Below, in pieces: positions 27,215-40,330 of a DNA stretch of 64,000 nucleotides (position 1 is its first letter; every line of letters begins with the position of its first letter). The position numbers and the translations under genes are program-made. A model generated the notes under the pieces. It worked only from the letters and a program-made list of their open reading frames with translations, was not told the origin of the DNA and ran no database searches. Origin of the DNA: Octopus vulgaris (Eukaryota); assembly GCA_951406725.2 (NCBI GenBank), contig OX597817.1:38378001-38442000 (forward strand). The letters run 5' to 3'.

Positions 27215-27440
27215 CACAGCAACTTCATTTAATATGTCTTCAATGCCTAGGTATTGTGTGGAGCAGGAGAGATAGTGAGATCGTTGATGCACAGGTTTTG
27301 GGCCTGGAGGACTGATTATCCATGGTCAACAATCAAATATGAGCATTTCTTCAGGTGAAATTTCATTTCTATGTCAACTGAAAATGATGCCATTAACTCC
27401 AGCTGCTTTCTAGCATTGTTAACGTTTTTAGGTAGGTAGC
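27215..27440 (-). mobile_element. R4/Dong-clade non-LTR RT fragment
   Basis: PKNVNNARKQLELMASFSVDIEMKFHLKKCSYLIVDHG...QYLGIE matches the FS.DIGM.FGLDKC...YKYLGI pattern. Confidence 0.65.
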
Positions 27441-27495
27441 ATCTACCTACCTACCTACCTACTTACCTACCTACCTACCTACCTACATGCATACC

Positions 27496-27579
<84 letters not shown>

Positions 27580-27730
27580 CAACGAGCTTCTACACAGTTT
27601 CCATCCAAATTTATTCACAAAGTTTGGTCGGCCCGGGATATCGTAGACGACACTTGCCCAAGGTGCCGTGCAGTAGAATTAACCCAAAACTACGTGGTTG
27701 CAAAGCAAGCTTCGTAACCTCGCAGCTATG
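27580..27730 (-). mobile_element. SINE family B, 5' part
   Basis: attcacaaagtttggtcggcccggg...gacacttgcccaaggtgccgtgcag matches 62340-62494. Confidence 0.8.
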
Positions 27731-28106
27731 TCTGTTGACATTCTACAGAAGATTACTTACCTATAAATTAAAAAAAAAGAAAAAGAAATATTTGGATAGT
27801 AATATCAAATTGGCTTACTATTGTTCCGACAAGTCTTGTTAGCTTAGCTGAAAACGCTGATTTACAGAAAATTACCTCGCAGTCATATGATGAAAAGTAT
27901 TTCAGCCGTGATCGTCACATCTTTTTGTATAGCAGTGACCACTACGTATATGCATAACTGTAGAGTGCAGAAGTTGATGTTGATTTGGCTACTCCTTCCA
28001 GCAAGTTCAAAAACTAACGGCCCCGTCGTCGACTCAGACGGTTATCATAAAAGCAGCAGCAGGTAGTGGTGGTGGTGGTGGTGGGAGAAGCAGCTGCAGC
28101 AGCAAC

Positions 28107-28154
<48 letters not shown>

Positions 28155-28780
28155 TGTAGTAGTAGTAGTAGTAGTAGTTGTTGTTGTTGTTGCTGTACAG
28201 CATTGAACAATGCCCTTACTGTTTAGTATATGTACTCAGTAAAACTATGCAACGCTGTTTATGTAATTCGATATGAGTATATCTTGAGAGAGAGAGAGGA
28301 AGAAAAAGAAAGACAGCGAGAGAGAGGAGAGTGTGTATGAGGGAGAGAGAGAGTGTGTGTGTATGTGCGTGTGTATGTATGTGTGTGTGTGTGCATGTGT
28401 GTGTTGCGCGTGAGCGTGAGTGTATGTATGTGTGGGTGTAACAATACGTATATCAATGAATCTGTCACACAATCATACACAAACATACACATTGCGCACA
28501 CACAATCACACACATACATACACATACGCACACACACATACACACACACACCTTAATGCGTATTAAGGTACCATACAAGCTTGTTTTATACTGGAAAACC
28601 TGAGAGACTACTATGACATATTATATATATATATGTATATATATACAAAACACAAGAAACACTAAACTACCGGTAGCTATCTGAAGCTGTATAAAGGAAA
28701 ATTTCTGCTGTGGAAACTCCGGTTTCGAACAAACAGAAAATCCCTAAGGTTTAATTTTTGTTGTAGATTATAAATAAAAT

Positions 28781-29209
28781 AAGTGAAGAATGGAATTTAT
28801 GGTATCACGTTTATTCCATAGTTTACAATTGTTTCAACAACTTGAAGTGACCAATTATACATCATGTCCACAGAATTGATGGTAACGACGATTTAGTCAC
28901 GCATTATAATGTAATACATATTACATTACTGCAGCGACGGCAGTCTCTTCAGAACCGATTGAATAAAATAGTACAAAAATTATTTGGTTGGTCGCTTAGA
29001 TAAGTAACTAAATGATTCCCTATATTACTTTATTCAATCGGTTCTGAAGAAACAACTGTCGCCGGTATTATGTAATAAATATTACATAAATGTGTGTCTA
29101 AAACGTTGTTGTCATCATTGTCTATAGACATGATGTGTTATTGGGCACTTCAAGTTGTTGAAACAATTGTAAACCATGGAATAAACGTTATACCATATAC
29201 TCCACACTT
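28781..29209. mobile_element. ~430-bp fold-back element with hammerhead ribozymes in both arms
   Basis: Arms are reverse complements around a ~17-nt loop near 29000, e.g. gtttacaattgtttcaacaacttgaagtg / cacttcaagttgttgaaacaattgtaaac. Confidence 0.88.
29040..29175 (+). ncRNA. Type I hammerhead ribozyme with a ~109-nt stem II domain
   Basis: ggtt CTGAAGA aacaact...agttgtt GAAA caattG TA aacc. Stem I is ggtt/aacc, stem II has 7 perfect bp, stem III is the palindrome CAATTG and the site is GUA. AATAAA follows at 29180. Confidence 0.75.
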
Positions 29210-30239
29210 TTTTTTATTTTATGTATATGTGTAGTTAGTATAAATGAATGACTATGCAATATGTCCACAACGGTCCTCATGTCTTTTTCTTATTACTGTA
29301 TCTATTTTAGAGAAGTCTTTATTCTTGAGATTACCTTCTCTACGCGTGGAAATGATTTCAATAAATCAACAATTTCTCTTTGATGGTATTGTTCATGTCA
29401 TTGTTGTTGGTGGGAGTGTTATTGAGTTATTTCTCTTAGCTCTTTTCCGTTTACATTATTCAAATTACTTTAGATGCAGCACGGATTTTTGTCAGTGAAC
29501 AGATCGCGGTCTTAAAGCGACGAAAATATTCAGACAAATTAAACTTAAATGTTGAAGTGAATCGAACGGCTTTTGTGTGTTTCTTAAATGGCTTACAAAC
29601 ACCTTCCACCCTGCAAATTACTTTAGGTAATTCGTCTTCATTATATAATCTCTCTTTCCTTCTATCTCTCTCATTCTCTCATTCTCTCTTTCTCTCTCCT
29701 CCTCTCTCTCTCTCTCTCTCTCTCCTTCTTTTTCTTTCTCTCTTTCTATTAATATGAGGAAGTCTCTTAACAGGCTATTTCACAATTTGTTGATCGTTCC
29801 TCGGAGAAGACGTACTTGGCTTCTTTCCGCAATCATTAGCAGCGGTCAGCGTCTCTGTAAAGCAGTCAGTAATTCAGATAGCACGTTAGAGGATAGTCTA
29901 ATTTGAATACCTCTGCTTTTTCACGACTGTAATACTCTTTGTGATCACACATTGTAACTTGAAGTTTCATATCCTGAAGTAACATTCGAAGAATCGTCAA
30001 ATGAGCAAACACAACCCGCCCCAAGTGAATGTCTTGACATTTCGTCATGATTTTAGTTCTAGATATGAAACCACTTTATGTATAATCCCTAAGTGTGCTA
30101 TTATCATTATATGACCATGTATCTGTATGTGTTCACACACGCGCATGCCTACGTATACATATGTTGTGTTATGTTGGGTGAGTGGGTGGGTGGGTGTGCG
30201 CACGCGCGTGGTTGCTGTACATGAATCTGAGGAATAAAG

Positions 30240-30520
30240 TCACGTGGCCTAATGGCTAGGTTATTCGGCTCACGGTCATAAAATTATGGTTCGAGTCTTA
30301 AACGGGCGGGGAGTTGGGCTTTTTTATGCAAGACACATCGTTTCATGTTGCTCAAACCAATTCAGCTGAAAACGAATACCAGCCGACTGTTGGTGCAGCT
30401 CTATTTCTTTCCACCTGTCACATTCTTGATAATATGCAGGTGTCAAGGGTGAGAATTTCGAGAAGGTGTCTATGTCTATTGACGACAATATTCTGTCGTC
30501 AGTAGGCATAGACACCCTAA
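30240..30520 (+). mobile_element. tRNA-derived SINE family C
   Basis: cgtggcctaatggctagg (A box)...ggttcgagtc (B box)...gcaagacac...cagctgaaaacgaataccagcc. Confidence 0.75.
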
Positions 30521-30913
30521 CACAATTAGCGAAAGTGCATTACAAGTAATTACGTCACTCTCACCTGCAAGTGACGGCTGAGCCTCAAATCTGTCTGCAC
30601 ATGTATGCAAACAGACGTGTATGCACAACTAGTTATGCGCATCACCTATGACATCAATAAACCAAAACATGTATTTATTAAATGTCATTATATAAATACA
30701 AATCGTCTTCATCACTTTTCTCTCATTTTCCTTTCACTTTTCATTTTCACTGCTTCATTCCCCTTCCCTCAGTCCAACCATTCTTTTGTTATCTTCTCCC
30801 ATTGTCTCAGCGAATTTATTTATTCTTACAATTTTCGTAACTTCTACACTTTATATATGCTTTTCTTTCTCGCACTTGTTCTCTTTCTCTCTGTCACACT
30901 CTTTCTACTTCTT

Positions 30914-30965
<52 letters not shown>

Positions 30966-31293
30966 CCTCTCTCTGTCCAAATCCCAGTTCATATTCGGGC
31001 CCCTTGATGCATGAACTTACTCTCCTCTATCGAGAATACTTTTTAACATGCATTTTCTATGTGTATGTTTTATATGTAGTTTTAATGTTTTTATGCAACG
31101 GATACCTGTGAATTGGTGTGACTAGTTGAATCTAGCTTGTATATGTGTACATGCACACTTATGCGTATGTGTACGTATGTCTGTGTATGTTTCTGCATGT
31201 CTGTGCATACGTAAAAGAATGGGTGCAAGTATGTACAGCTGTGTACATGCATATGGATGTGAAATGGATGTATATTTACAAGTTTCCATGTAC

Positions 31294-31331
<38 letters not shown>

Positions 31332-31893
31332 AAGCCCATCAGATATACATGTGTGTGTGTATATACATTGTATTCATATATAAATAAGTGCGTGTGTGAG
31401 TACATGTATGTATGTTTGCGACGAAGCTGATGCCTATTGAACTACTGAACATAAGTGGGTATCTAGTTCCGATGTTTACATGACTGAACTCCGGCTACCT
31501 CTACACGGACACCAGACCTGCAAGATAGCCGCTAAATTTCTCCTAAACTACACTCTATGATCAAAGAGGTCCTAAACATGGCTATCCTGCATTTTTAGGG
31601 GTATCTAGGACTATATACCTCTATTCATCCTATCCTCTTTTAAGACGTTCAACTGTGATTGCAGGGAACATATGACTGCAATTTCTAACATTTCACGCGT
31701 CTACGTAGAGATTCCGGCATTGGTTTAAAACTACATATATTTTGTATAGATATACCCAAATCTATTTGCAAATAGCTCGTATATATATATCAATATTTGT
31801 GAGCATGCATAAATTACACAAACAAACTTTCAACTTTCTACCTGTGTATGTTATAATCTCTAACCTATTCTCGCATTTTCATCTTTCCAGCCT

Positions 31894-31930
<37 letters not shown>

Positions 31931-31999
31931 CCTCCCTCTATTTCTGGGTGTCTCCTTCCCTCTCTCCCACTCTCTTTGGATATATGCGTACAAACACAT

Positions 32000-32000
32000 A

Positions 32001-32036
<36 letters not shown>

Positions 32037-32167
32037 TGTATGTATGTATATATGTATGTATATGTTTTATGTATTATGTATGTATATATGTTTGTATGTA
32101 TGTATGTATGTATGTATGTATGTATGTATGAATGTATGTATGTATGTATGTATGTATGTATGTATGT

Positions 32168-32258
<91 letters not shown>

Positions 32259-32300
32259 TGCACAACCACGTAATATATAATATATATATATATATATATA
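32000..32300. repeat. Compound (TATG)n(GATA)n(TA)n microsatellite
   Basis: Direct reading. Confidence 0.97.
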
Positions 32301-32599
32301 AGATCAAATGTGTGTATGTGTAGGGTGTATGTGTGGGGTATTTGGGTGTGTGTGTGTATGTGTGTGTGGTGTATGTATGCACTTGTAGTAGTATCTTTGT
32401 GTTAATTCTTCCTGTCTAATTCCTATAAACATAAAGTCATAGCACCGACAATTTGGGAAGCCATTGTGCACACTCAGCGGTTAAATACCTCCGTTAGTTG
32501 CACTAAGAATGTACTATCTTGGTTCATGTGCCCCTATCAAGTATACACATGCTCACACGCACGTACACACACAGAAACATGTGACTGCATATGTATGTA

Positions 32600-32684
<85 letters not shown>

Positions 32685-33136
32685 CAGCTGTGTATCTAAT
32701 TATCTACCTGTCTCAACCTTGCCCTCTTTCTTTCTTTTCACGCTCCCTATATATATATATATATATATAACTTCCAGCCTAAGTGCAAATACATATGCAT
32801 ATGCGTGTGTCTGCAGTGTGGGTGATGCAAAGACGAAGAAAGGAAGGGAGGTTCTTCACTGTCTCTACCTAGATTCTCATTATAACACCGTCTACATGTT
32901 ACTCAAGTGAAAAGATACGTTGAATATTTGCAGAGGAATGCCAGTGTTTAGGGTGCAGTTCTTGGTATGAGAGATTGCCACTTAGTCTTACAAGGCTGTT
33001 CTAGAGGAGATCTCTATGAGAGATGTATATGAGATCGCCCTCCAATGGAGAACATCATAATGAGGTCGAGCATCTTGAGTGATTTTGACAGCTTTAACAG
33101 TCAAGGAAGTTCCGTCATACTTAACCTAGTGAGATA

Positions 33137-33419
<283 letters not shown>

Positions 33420-33587
33420 TTAATCCTTATCTAATGCAGAGACGGAAAAATTAGATCAATTTTAGTTGTCATGCACAGGTAACATCACTGGGCCTGTTTG
33501 TCCTATCAGACCTCTTACAGAAGTTTAGCCTTTTCGTATTTGCCAATTACTATGTTGATATATATTATTAATATATTTTCACGTATT

Positions 33588-33800
33588 AAGACAGCAAGCT
33601 GACAGAATAATTAGCACGGTGGCCAAAATGCTTAACGGTATTCGTCCGTCTTTACGTTCAAAATTCAAATTCCACCGATGTTGACTTTACCTTTCATCCT
33701 TTCGGGGTCAATAAAATAAGTACCAGCTGAGCACGAGAGTGGAGTAATCGACTTACCCTACACAGAACTTGCTAACCTTAAGCCAAAATTTGAAACCAAT
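33588..33800 (+). mobile_element. SINE family A
   Basis: gcaagctgacagaataattagcacg...ctttcatcctttcggggtcaataaaataagtaccag. Confidence 0.85.
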
Positions 33801-33829
33801 ATATTATTATGCATTATATATATGATGCG

Positions 33830-34185
33830 GGGGTGGTAAGTAGCTTGCTTCCCAACCACATGGTTCAAGGTTCAGTCCTTTTGCATGGCACTTTGGGCAA
33901 GTGTCTTCAACTATAGCTTCGGCCCGACCAAAGCCTTGTGAGTGGATTTAGTATACAGAAAGTGGAAGAAGCCCGTCGTATATGTGTGTGTGTATTTGTC
34001 CCCCCACCGTCACTTGACAACCGATGTTGGTGTTTTCATGTCCCCGTAACTTAGCGGTTCGACAAAAGTGACCGGTAGAATAAGTACTAGGCTTACAAAG
34101 AATATGTCCTGAAGTCGATTTGTTCGTCTAAAGGCGGTTCTCCAGCATGGACGCAGTCAAATGACTGAAACAAATAAAAGAATAA
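33830..34185 (+). mobile_element. SINE family B, full length
   Basis: gtggtaagtagcttgcttcccaaccacatggttc...ttgggcaagtgtcttc...ccgaccaaagccttgtgagtggattt...ggcggttctccagcatgg...aatgactgaaacaaataaaag. Confidence 0.9.
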
Positions 34186-34553
34186 TACTACTTATTATTA
34201 ATATACTATTATATATAAGTATATGATGTATATTATATTTTATATAATCATAGAATATTAGATTACCTAGATTACTGAGATAAGTTTCGGCCGAAGTTGG
34301 TGCAGGCCATGTCTAATTAAATAGCACCACCTAGATTTTATACATGTAATAAATATATTATCACATATATTTTGTTTGGTTTATACGATATATTATCATA
34401 ACATCATAACACAAGGGAATAACCAACACGAACAATAATAGGGCGTGGTTGTGTGGTTAGAAGTTCTCTTCCCAACCATATGGTTCCGGACTCAGTCCCA
34501 CTATATGGCATGGGCCGACCGAAACCTTGTGAGTGGATTTGGTAGACGGAAAC

Positions 34554-34584
<31 letters not shown>

Positions 34585-34957
34585 TTGTGTTTGTGTGTGT
34601 GTGTGTGACCATTTGAATAAATACAATGCTTTAAAAATTACCTGTTAATGGAGAATTGCAGAGGAATTTGGTCCAGTCATGGATAAGACTAAATTTCTTA
34701 ACCCTCCATTGCGGCGTTCAATGAATCACTCAAACATTTCAAAAGCAGTATTATCATTTTCTTTCTCTTTCTCTCTTTCTATCTCTCTCTTTCTTTCTTT
34801 CATTCTCTCTATCTCTATCTATCTATCTGTCTATCTCCCTCTCCTTTTCTTTCCCTCTCTCTTTATACACATACATACATACATACATACATACATACAT
34901 ACATACATACATACATACATACATACATACATACGTGCATATTCTGTTGCATCTGCA

Positions 34958-35401
34958 GGGTATAAAAACAACATACCTGTCCAGTGTTGCCACCTATCAG
35001 GATTCCCAGATATCGAGGTTTCTAGCTCCTTATTCGTTATGAATGTGAAATACCAAAAAGAGGCAACTCTTAACAGACCTTATTAGAGCTGTAGCTTTAA
35101 CTAAAATACAGTCAACAGTCCAATCATGTCACAAACATATTTTAACTAACCTAAATTTTGCTTATGCCTAAACACTGCTTGGTGCTAATATTATTGTAAT
35201 TTCCACGATCTGACGGCCTACTGCCGCAAATTAGTCAATGTCGTTGACTGTATTTTAGTTAAAGCTATAGCTTTAATAAGGTCTATCCAGAGTTGCCTCT
35301 CTTAAGTATTTCCCATTGATGACGGTTAAGGAGCTATAAACATCGATGTTTGGGAATCCTGATAGATGGCGACACAGAACAGTTATGTTGTTTTTACACC
35401 T
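34958..35401. mobile_element. Fold-back element (~158-bp arms, 127-bp spacer) with degenerate hammerheads
   Basis: Arms 34958-35115 and 35243-35401. Plus strand: ttccca TTGATGA cggttaaggagcta TAAA catcgatG TT tgggaa, with a perfect stem I and palindromic CATCGATG. The minus arm retains GAAA. Confidence 0.75.
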
Positions 35402-36419
35402 TTTTACCATAAGAGAAAAATTACTCTACGGTAACTGCAATAAGTTGCCTTTTAGCAGTTGAAATGTGTCACAAACATATTTTAACTAACCTAAACTTTG
35501 CTTATAAAAGTATATGTATACACGCAAATATACCCACGCGCCCACGCGTTTCTGTATAGTGTAATACTTGGAATCTTGACAACAAAAACTGTGTACTGCA
35601 CAATGCTTTTTACACCAAACGATATGAAAAATCCATCTACTTCGCTGAGAAGTATCAATATTCGTAAAATTATTTCTTATAACATCGAGAAAAAGAGAAG
35701 ATAAAAAGGCAATTTAAGCAACAAAAATTAAGTAGTACATTTTTTCTGTGTTCTTCTGCTGTATTTGGCACTCCTCCTCTTCCATCAATGATCATACATC
35801 CCAAGAATAAAAGGTCAGAAGGGATTAATGAGTGTCATTGAGAAGTGTGTGAAGACATTAATGTTGCATACAACTTCTCCAACTCAAAAGAAGGCCTGCT
35901 ACAGTGGTTCACCAACTTTTATAGCTCACCGCTCCCTTTTTACTGAATAGCGTTTTACAAACGCCCTCCTCTGCGTGTTTTGTGAAAAGAAAAGAAATAT
36001 TTTGATCTTGATAAAGATTTCTTTTAGTATGTGTTTCAAATATAATTATTGAGAAGGTTTAAATCTTTATTTCCGAGAAAAACCTTGACCCTGCTAAACA
36101 CGCTGCGTGCCCAGCACTCGTTTGACATTTGCTGTTTCTGTGAGCTCACAACTTCCCCAAAGGAGCGCAACTGCTCAGTTTATTAACCACACAATAAGGC
36201 AAAATGTAGAAATTCGAATATCAGAGGAGCAACAGAATTTTCCCACGAAATTGTATTTGATTTTTTGTTCCCAAGTTCTAAAATTAAAGCAACAGCGGAA
36301 CTGTTGCCTGTTTTACAAAGTAGCGCATAAGCCAACCATGATGAACAACCAAAAATTCGCGCCTTTGCACAGACAATAATTTTGCGAACTGAATGCTCCA
36401 AATATAATTAAATATCTTG

Positions 36420-36670
36420 ATGAGTGAACAAATCAAGCCTGAACGGAGCAAGAGAGAAGAGTACAGCGTCCGTGATATAAGAAGCATCACCACAAAATAT
36501 TTGAATGGAACATTCCCGATGAAAACTGCCACACTACACCTCAATTTATCAAGATGTTCCATACTAGCTCCCATAAAATATTCTTGAAGACATGATAATG
36601 TAGAAAAGCTGTTCTATATAAGCCTGGTTACCCCACGTTAATTCATTCGACGAAAAACTGTGGTACTCAT
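36420..36670 (+). mobile_element. Possible decayed pogo/Tigger-like HTH (psq) fragment
   Basis: EEYSVRDIRSITTKYLNGTFPMKTATLHLNLSRCSIL...KPGYPTLI loosely resembles the HTH_psq plus GRPT motif. Confidence 0.25.
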
Positions 36671-36999
36671 ATGAATCTTAGAAAATATCCGTGTGAGAAT
36701 ACTATGAAACTTTAGCTGACATACAAACCACCAGATAATATTATTTTCTATGATAGAAATGACAATAGCATATAATTAATTATTTTCTTAGCAATACCCA
36801 TTGATATGTGCCATATCATATGCATACATATATTACTTCATGTAAGCTATGATATTAGTTGTTACATTAATTAGTAGTGTAAACTACATTCAAATATAGA
36901 CTATATACATAACTAACATATTGTGCAGAAAAGACACGAAGACTAAAGAATAACACCGATTTATCTTCGAATAATAGCAATTGATGAATGTGGTCAAAA

Positions 37000-37240
37000 C
37001 TTTAGGTTGATAGACTCACAATCATAAGTTTGTGGGTTCGATTCCTAGATCGTGTGGTATGTTGTTTCCAGGAAAAAAAGCACTTCACGTTGTTCCGCTC
37101 TACTCAGCTGTAAATGAGTACCAGCCGAATGCTGGTGCAGCTCTCTTCTCCCCTTCCAGCTATCATATCCTTTATGATGATGTTGATGTCTGCTCACGCC
37201 TACATATAAGCACCTAAAACAATTAGCAAACGTGTGGTAC
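37000..37240 (+). mobile_element. SINE family C
   Basis: gtgggttcgattcc B box followed by cacttcacgttgttccgctctactcagctgtaaatgagtaccagcc. Confidence 0.75.
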
Positions 37241-37462
37241 AAGCTACTAGGTGATATCCCATCTGTGTTTGGAACGCCTGGAATGATACACAATCGCTTC
37301 TGTACAAATATTAATAGAGAGACAGGTACGTTCTAGGAAATTGCAATACAAGTCATTTGTAAAGAACATTTGTTAACGATGAACGTTTTTATACGTTCTT
37401 TCGAAGAGATTCATAATTCTTTTGAAGAAGAAATAAATTCTAGATGTATTTCTCAAACCATA

Positions 37463-37473
37463 AATGATGATGA

Positions 37474-37507
<34 letters not shown>

Positions 37508-37529
37508 GGTGGTGGTGGTGATGATGGTA

Positions 37530-37560
<31 letters not shown>

Positions 37561-37587
37561 CGATGACGACGACGACGACGACGACGA

Positions 37588-37626
<39 letters not shown>

Positions 37627-37654
37627 CGACGACGACGATGAAAATGACGACGAC
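37463..37654. repeat. Compound (GAT)n(GGT)n(GAC)n trinucleotide repeat
   Basis: Direct reading; explains the poly-D and poly-H/R ORFs. Confidence 0.97.
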
Positions 37655-38299
37655 GTTCTTTTCTTTTATTAGACAAGGCGCATATACTATCTGTATAAGG
37701 TCAAGGCAAACCGTAATACAGCATATTAAGACAGGTTAGAATTAAGGGTAGTTCTCTTAAGAAGGACTGAAAAACTACTACCTAAGTAGCTTAAGGCACC
37801 CGCACGACTTCAATCACTTTCTGCCCCGAGTACTGAGGCCTGACACTTTGGACTGTGCCCCGGAGCATCTTCAGAGTTGGTCAAAGCGAGAAGACTTCTG
37901 TGCTTTTTTGGCAGTTGAACTTCGTAGCATTTTTTAGAACAATGACATGGTCTGTATCATTAGTTTATCAATTAGATATTATATAGATTTGAACCCCATC
38001 TTCTCTTCAATCTTCTCTTCAGTATTTGCAAATACTGCAAATGAGTACACCAAAAATGTAAAGAGTTAAAAAAAAAGCTAAATACAAACCATTTTATCTA
38101 CCCAGATAATGGAGGGAACCGTCCAACAATCTGAGTCTTCTCTTAGCAAAACTGCAACAAACAGCAAACTATTTCTTTTTCCATAAGATTCGAAACCAGA
38201 ATACAAACAGGCCAAATTTTTAATTTTAACACTCCCGCTATTCTTAATGATAAATCAGAAATTTAATGGCTTGTAAAACAAGGAAGAATTTCAGCTTAC

Positions 38300-38352
38300 C
38301 AAATACAGAACGTATCGTCCGAGGTTCGATATTCACCAGATCTACAACATAC
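38300..38352 (-). other. Candidate 53-nt exon (probably 5'UTR) with a recursive-splice-type start
   Basis: cttctttctttag|GTATGT...TGTATTTG|gtaagc: strong acceptor and donor on the same strand as the 15607-16369 exon. Confidence 0.5.
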
Positions 38353-38419
38353 CTAAAGAAAGAAGATTTGTAAGACAGTTGGAGACATCACACAAAAAAG
38401 ACATCTATAATAATGATTT

Positions 38420-39010
38420 CTTATATAAGTACAAGGTCAGAAATTAACGAGAAATTAATCAGTCAATTATATCGACCTAGAGTACATGACTGCGATTTTA
38501 TTTTATCGACACTCGGAAGAACACTGGGCAAAGTTAACAACGCTAGAGTTTGAACCCAAAACGTAAATAATCCTAACTGAATACCTTACTGTATTTAATT
38601 ACAATTCTCCCAGTTCATCGCTTTTAGGGCATATTTAATAAGGATTTCATACTAAGGTACACGGTCTTAATTTTATTAAAAGAGGAACGGTAATTGTTTA
38701 CGAACTCCAGTACTTGACAGTTCCATTATTTATTGACTTTGCGAATAAAAAGTAAAGCCGAACTGGTTGTGATATGAACTCAGGTCGTAGATATAATTAA
38801 ACAGTACAAAGCATTTCGTCCTACGCCCTCGAGACATCAGTAGTTTTGAAGAGAGGAGAGAAATCGATACCACCAACCTCAGTACTTCACTGGTACTTTA
38901 TTTTATCGACTCCGAAAAGATAAAAATGAGAAATTGTCCTCGATGATATTTGAGCTCTGAGCGTAAGGAGCTGGAATGCGTCTTAACAACTGTAACGATT
39001 CTGCACAGGA
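38420..39010 (-). mobile_element. Three decayed tandem SINE family A copies
   Basis: Repeated agtact...ttatcgac...aaagt...tgaac motifs. Confidence 0.65.
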
Positions 39011-39682
39011 AGCCCCAGGTTCGTAGGCGGGTAATATCATACAATAAGAAAGTAAACGGAAGGAACATTGTTTAGAAGATATTCCTTCTGTTTACTTTTA
39101 AGTGACCGATGTCAATATAGAGATATGGGTACTTGTCATTCAATGAATAAACAAATGTATACAATGATACACAAACAACACCAAGATTCTAACAATGTAC
39201 AATTAGATGTAATGACGCCAAGACAAGCTAATGAGGAAGCCTCTATATAGATTTTTGACTTGCGGGAAATAACAGCCAGATATCTTTCATATCACACATT
39301 GCCTTCCCATACTTTGAGCCTTCAGTTCCTTGATACATTGTAAGAGGACAGTTGTGCTATACAGTGTGGTTTGAGAGGAGAACATCCTAATCTAGGTTTG
39401 ATCATACATGATTTCTTTCAACTGAGAAAAAGTCAGGCAGAGAGAAGGAAAAAGAGAGGGACAGGCAAACAGACAGAGACGAATGGATTCCAGTACGGAA
39501 TTGGTACTTTATTTATCAACCCTGAAAGGAAAAGTTGGTCCCGGTAGGATTTGATCTCAGAGCCAATTCATTCCCGGAAATTTAGCAGTACCTCCTAGAT
39601 TCCTTACTAGAATCGCTTCTATGAAGCTAAAAAGAAATATTCTCTCTAAATATCTCAAATTTCAGTACTGTCAACAAATATT

Positions 39683-40330
39683 GGATCTATTCGGTTTGGC
39701 TGCCAGCATCAATTCTGCTCGAATTGATTTCATATTCAGTGTAATGATACACATTTATTGGGTAATGAATAGCGGGAAAATCATTTTCGCTATAAATCAA
39801 TAAATAGAGTTAAAGTTTTAAAATTTTGGTTAATTTTAGCCAATCGTAAGCCATAGACACAGTAATGCCTGTTTCCATAGTAACAAGCGGAACATGAGAG
39901 TTCTTTTGTCTGCGAGAAAGCACGTGCCTGTTTCCATAGTAACAAGCGGAACCGAGAACTATTTTATCAGCGAGAAAGCGCATAATGACAAATTTGACGC
40001 TGTGTTCTGTTGGAAATTTTACTGTTTGATTATGGCAGTAAGCTCCTGTAAACTCGCTTCTATGATGGAGACGCTGAAAACAGAGGAGGATACTGTGTTT
40101 TACCTTCAAGAAAAGGGTGTTATACCCAAGACATGTTACGTGTACAAAAAGACGTGGTGGGAACATGTACTGGCGATGCTCGCACTGAGAATGCATGGAG
40201 TCTCTGTCGGTGAGGAGAGACACATGGTTTGAAGGTGGTACCCTTCCTCTTAGGACTGCAATGTTCTTCCTTTACTCATGGATTAAGGAATTTACTTCAG
40301 TCCGGTTTTGTATTGAAGAACTGACGATGA
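39683..40330 (+). mobile_element. Merlin (IS1016/IS1595-like) transposon 5' remnant
   Basis: Starts GGATCTATTCGGTTTGGC and has a subterminal 27-bp repeat twice (gcctgtttccatagtaacaagcggaac). Frameshifted peptide TEEDTVFYLQEKGVIP...WRCS...SVRRDTWFEGGTLPLRTAMFFLYSW is typical of a Merlin transposase N-terminus. Confidence 0.75.

Noticed and set aside
28675-28730. ctgaagc...GAAActccgGTT next to the 28781 fold-back
   Set aside because: Core mismatch and no convincing stems.
30240-30310. tRNA-like A/B boxes here and at other SINE heads as tRNA genes
   Set aside because: No intact cloverleaf; each continues into a SINE body.
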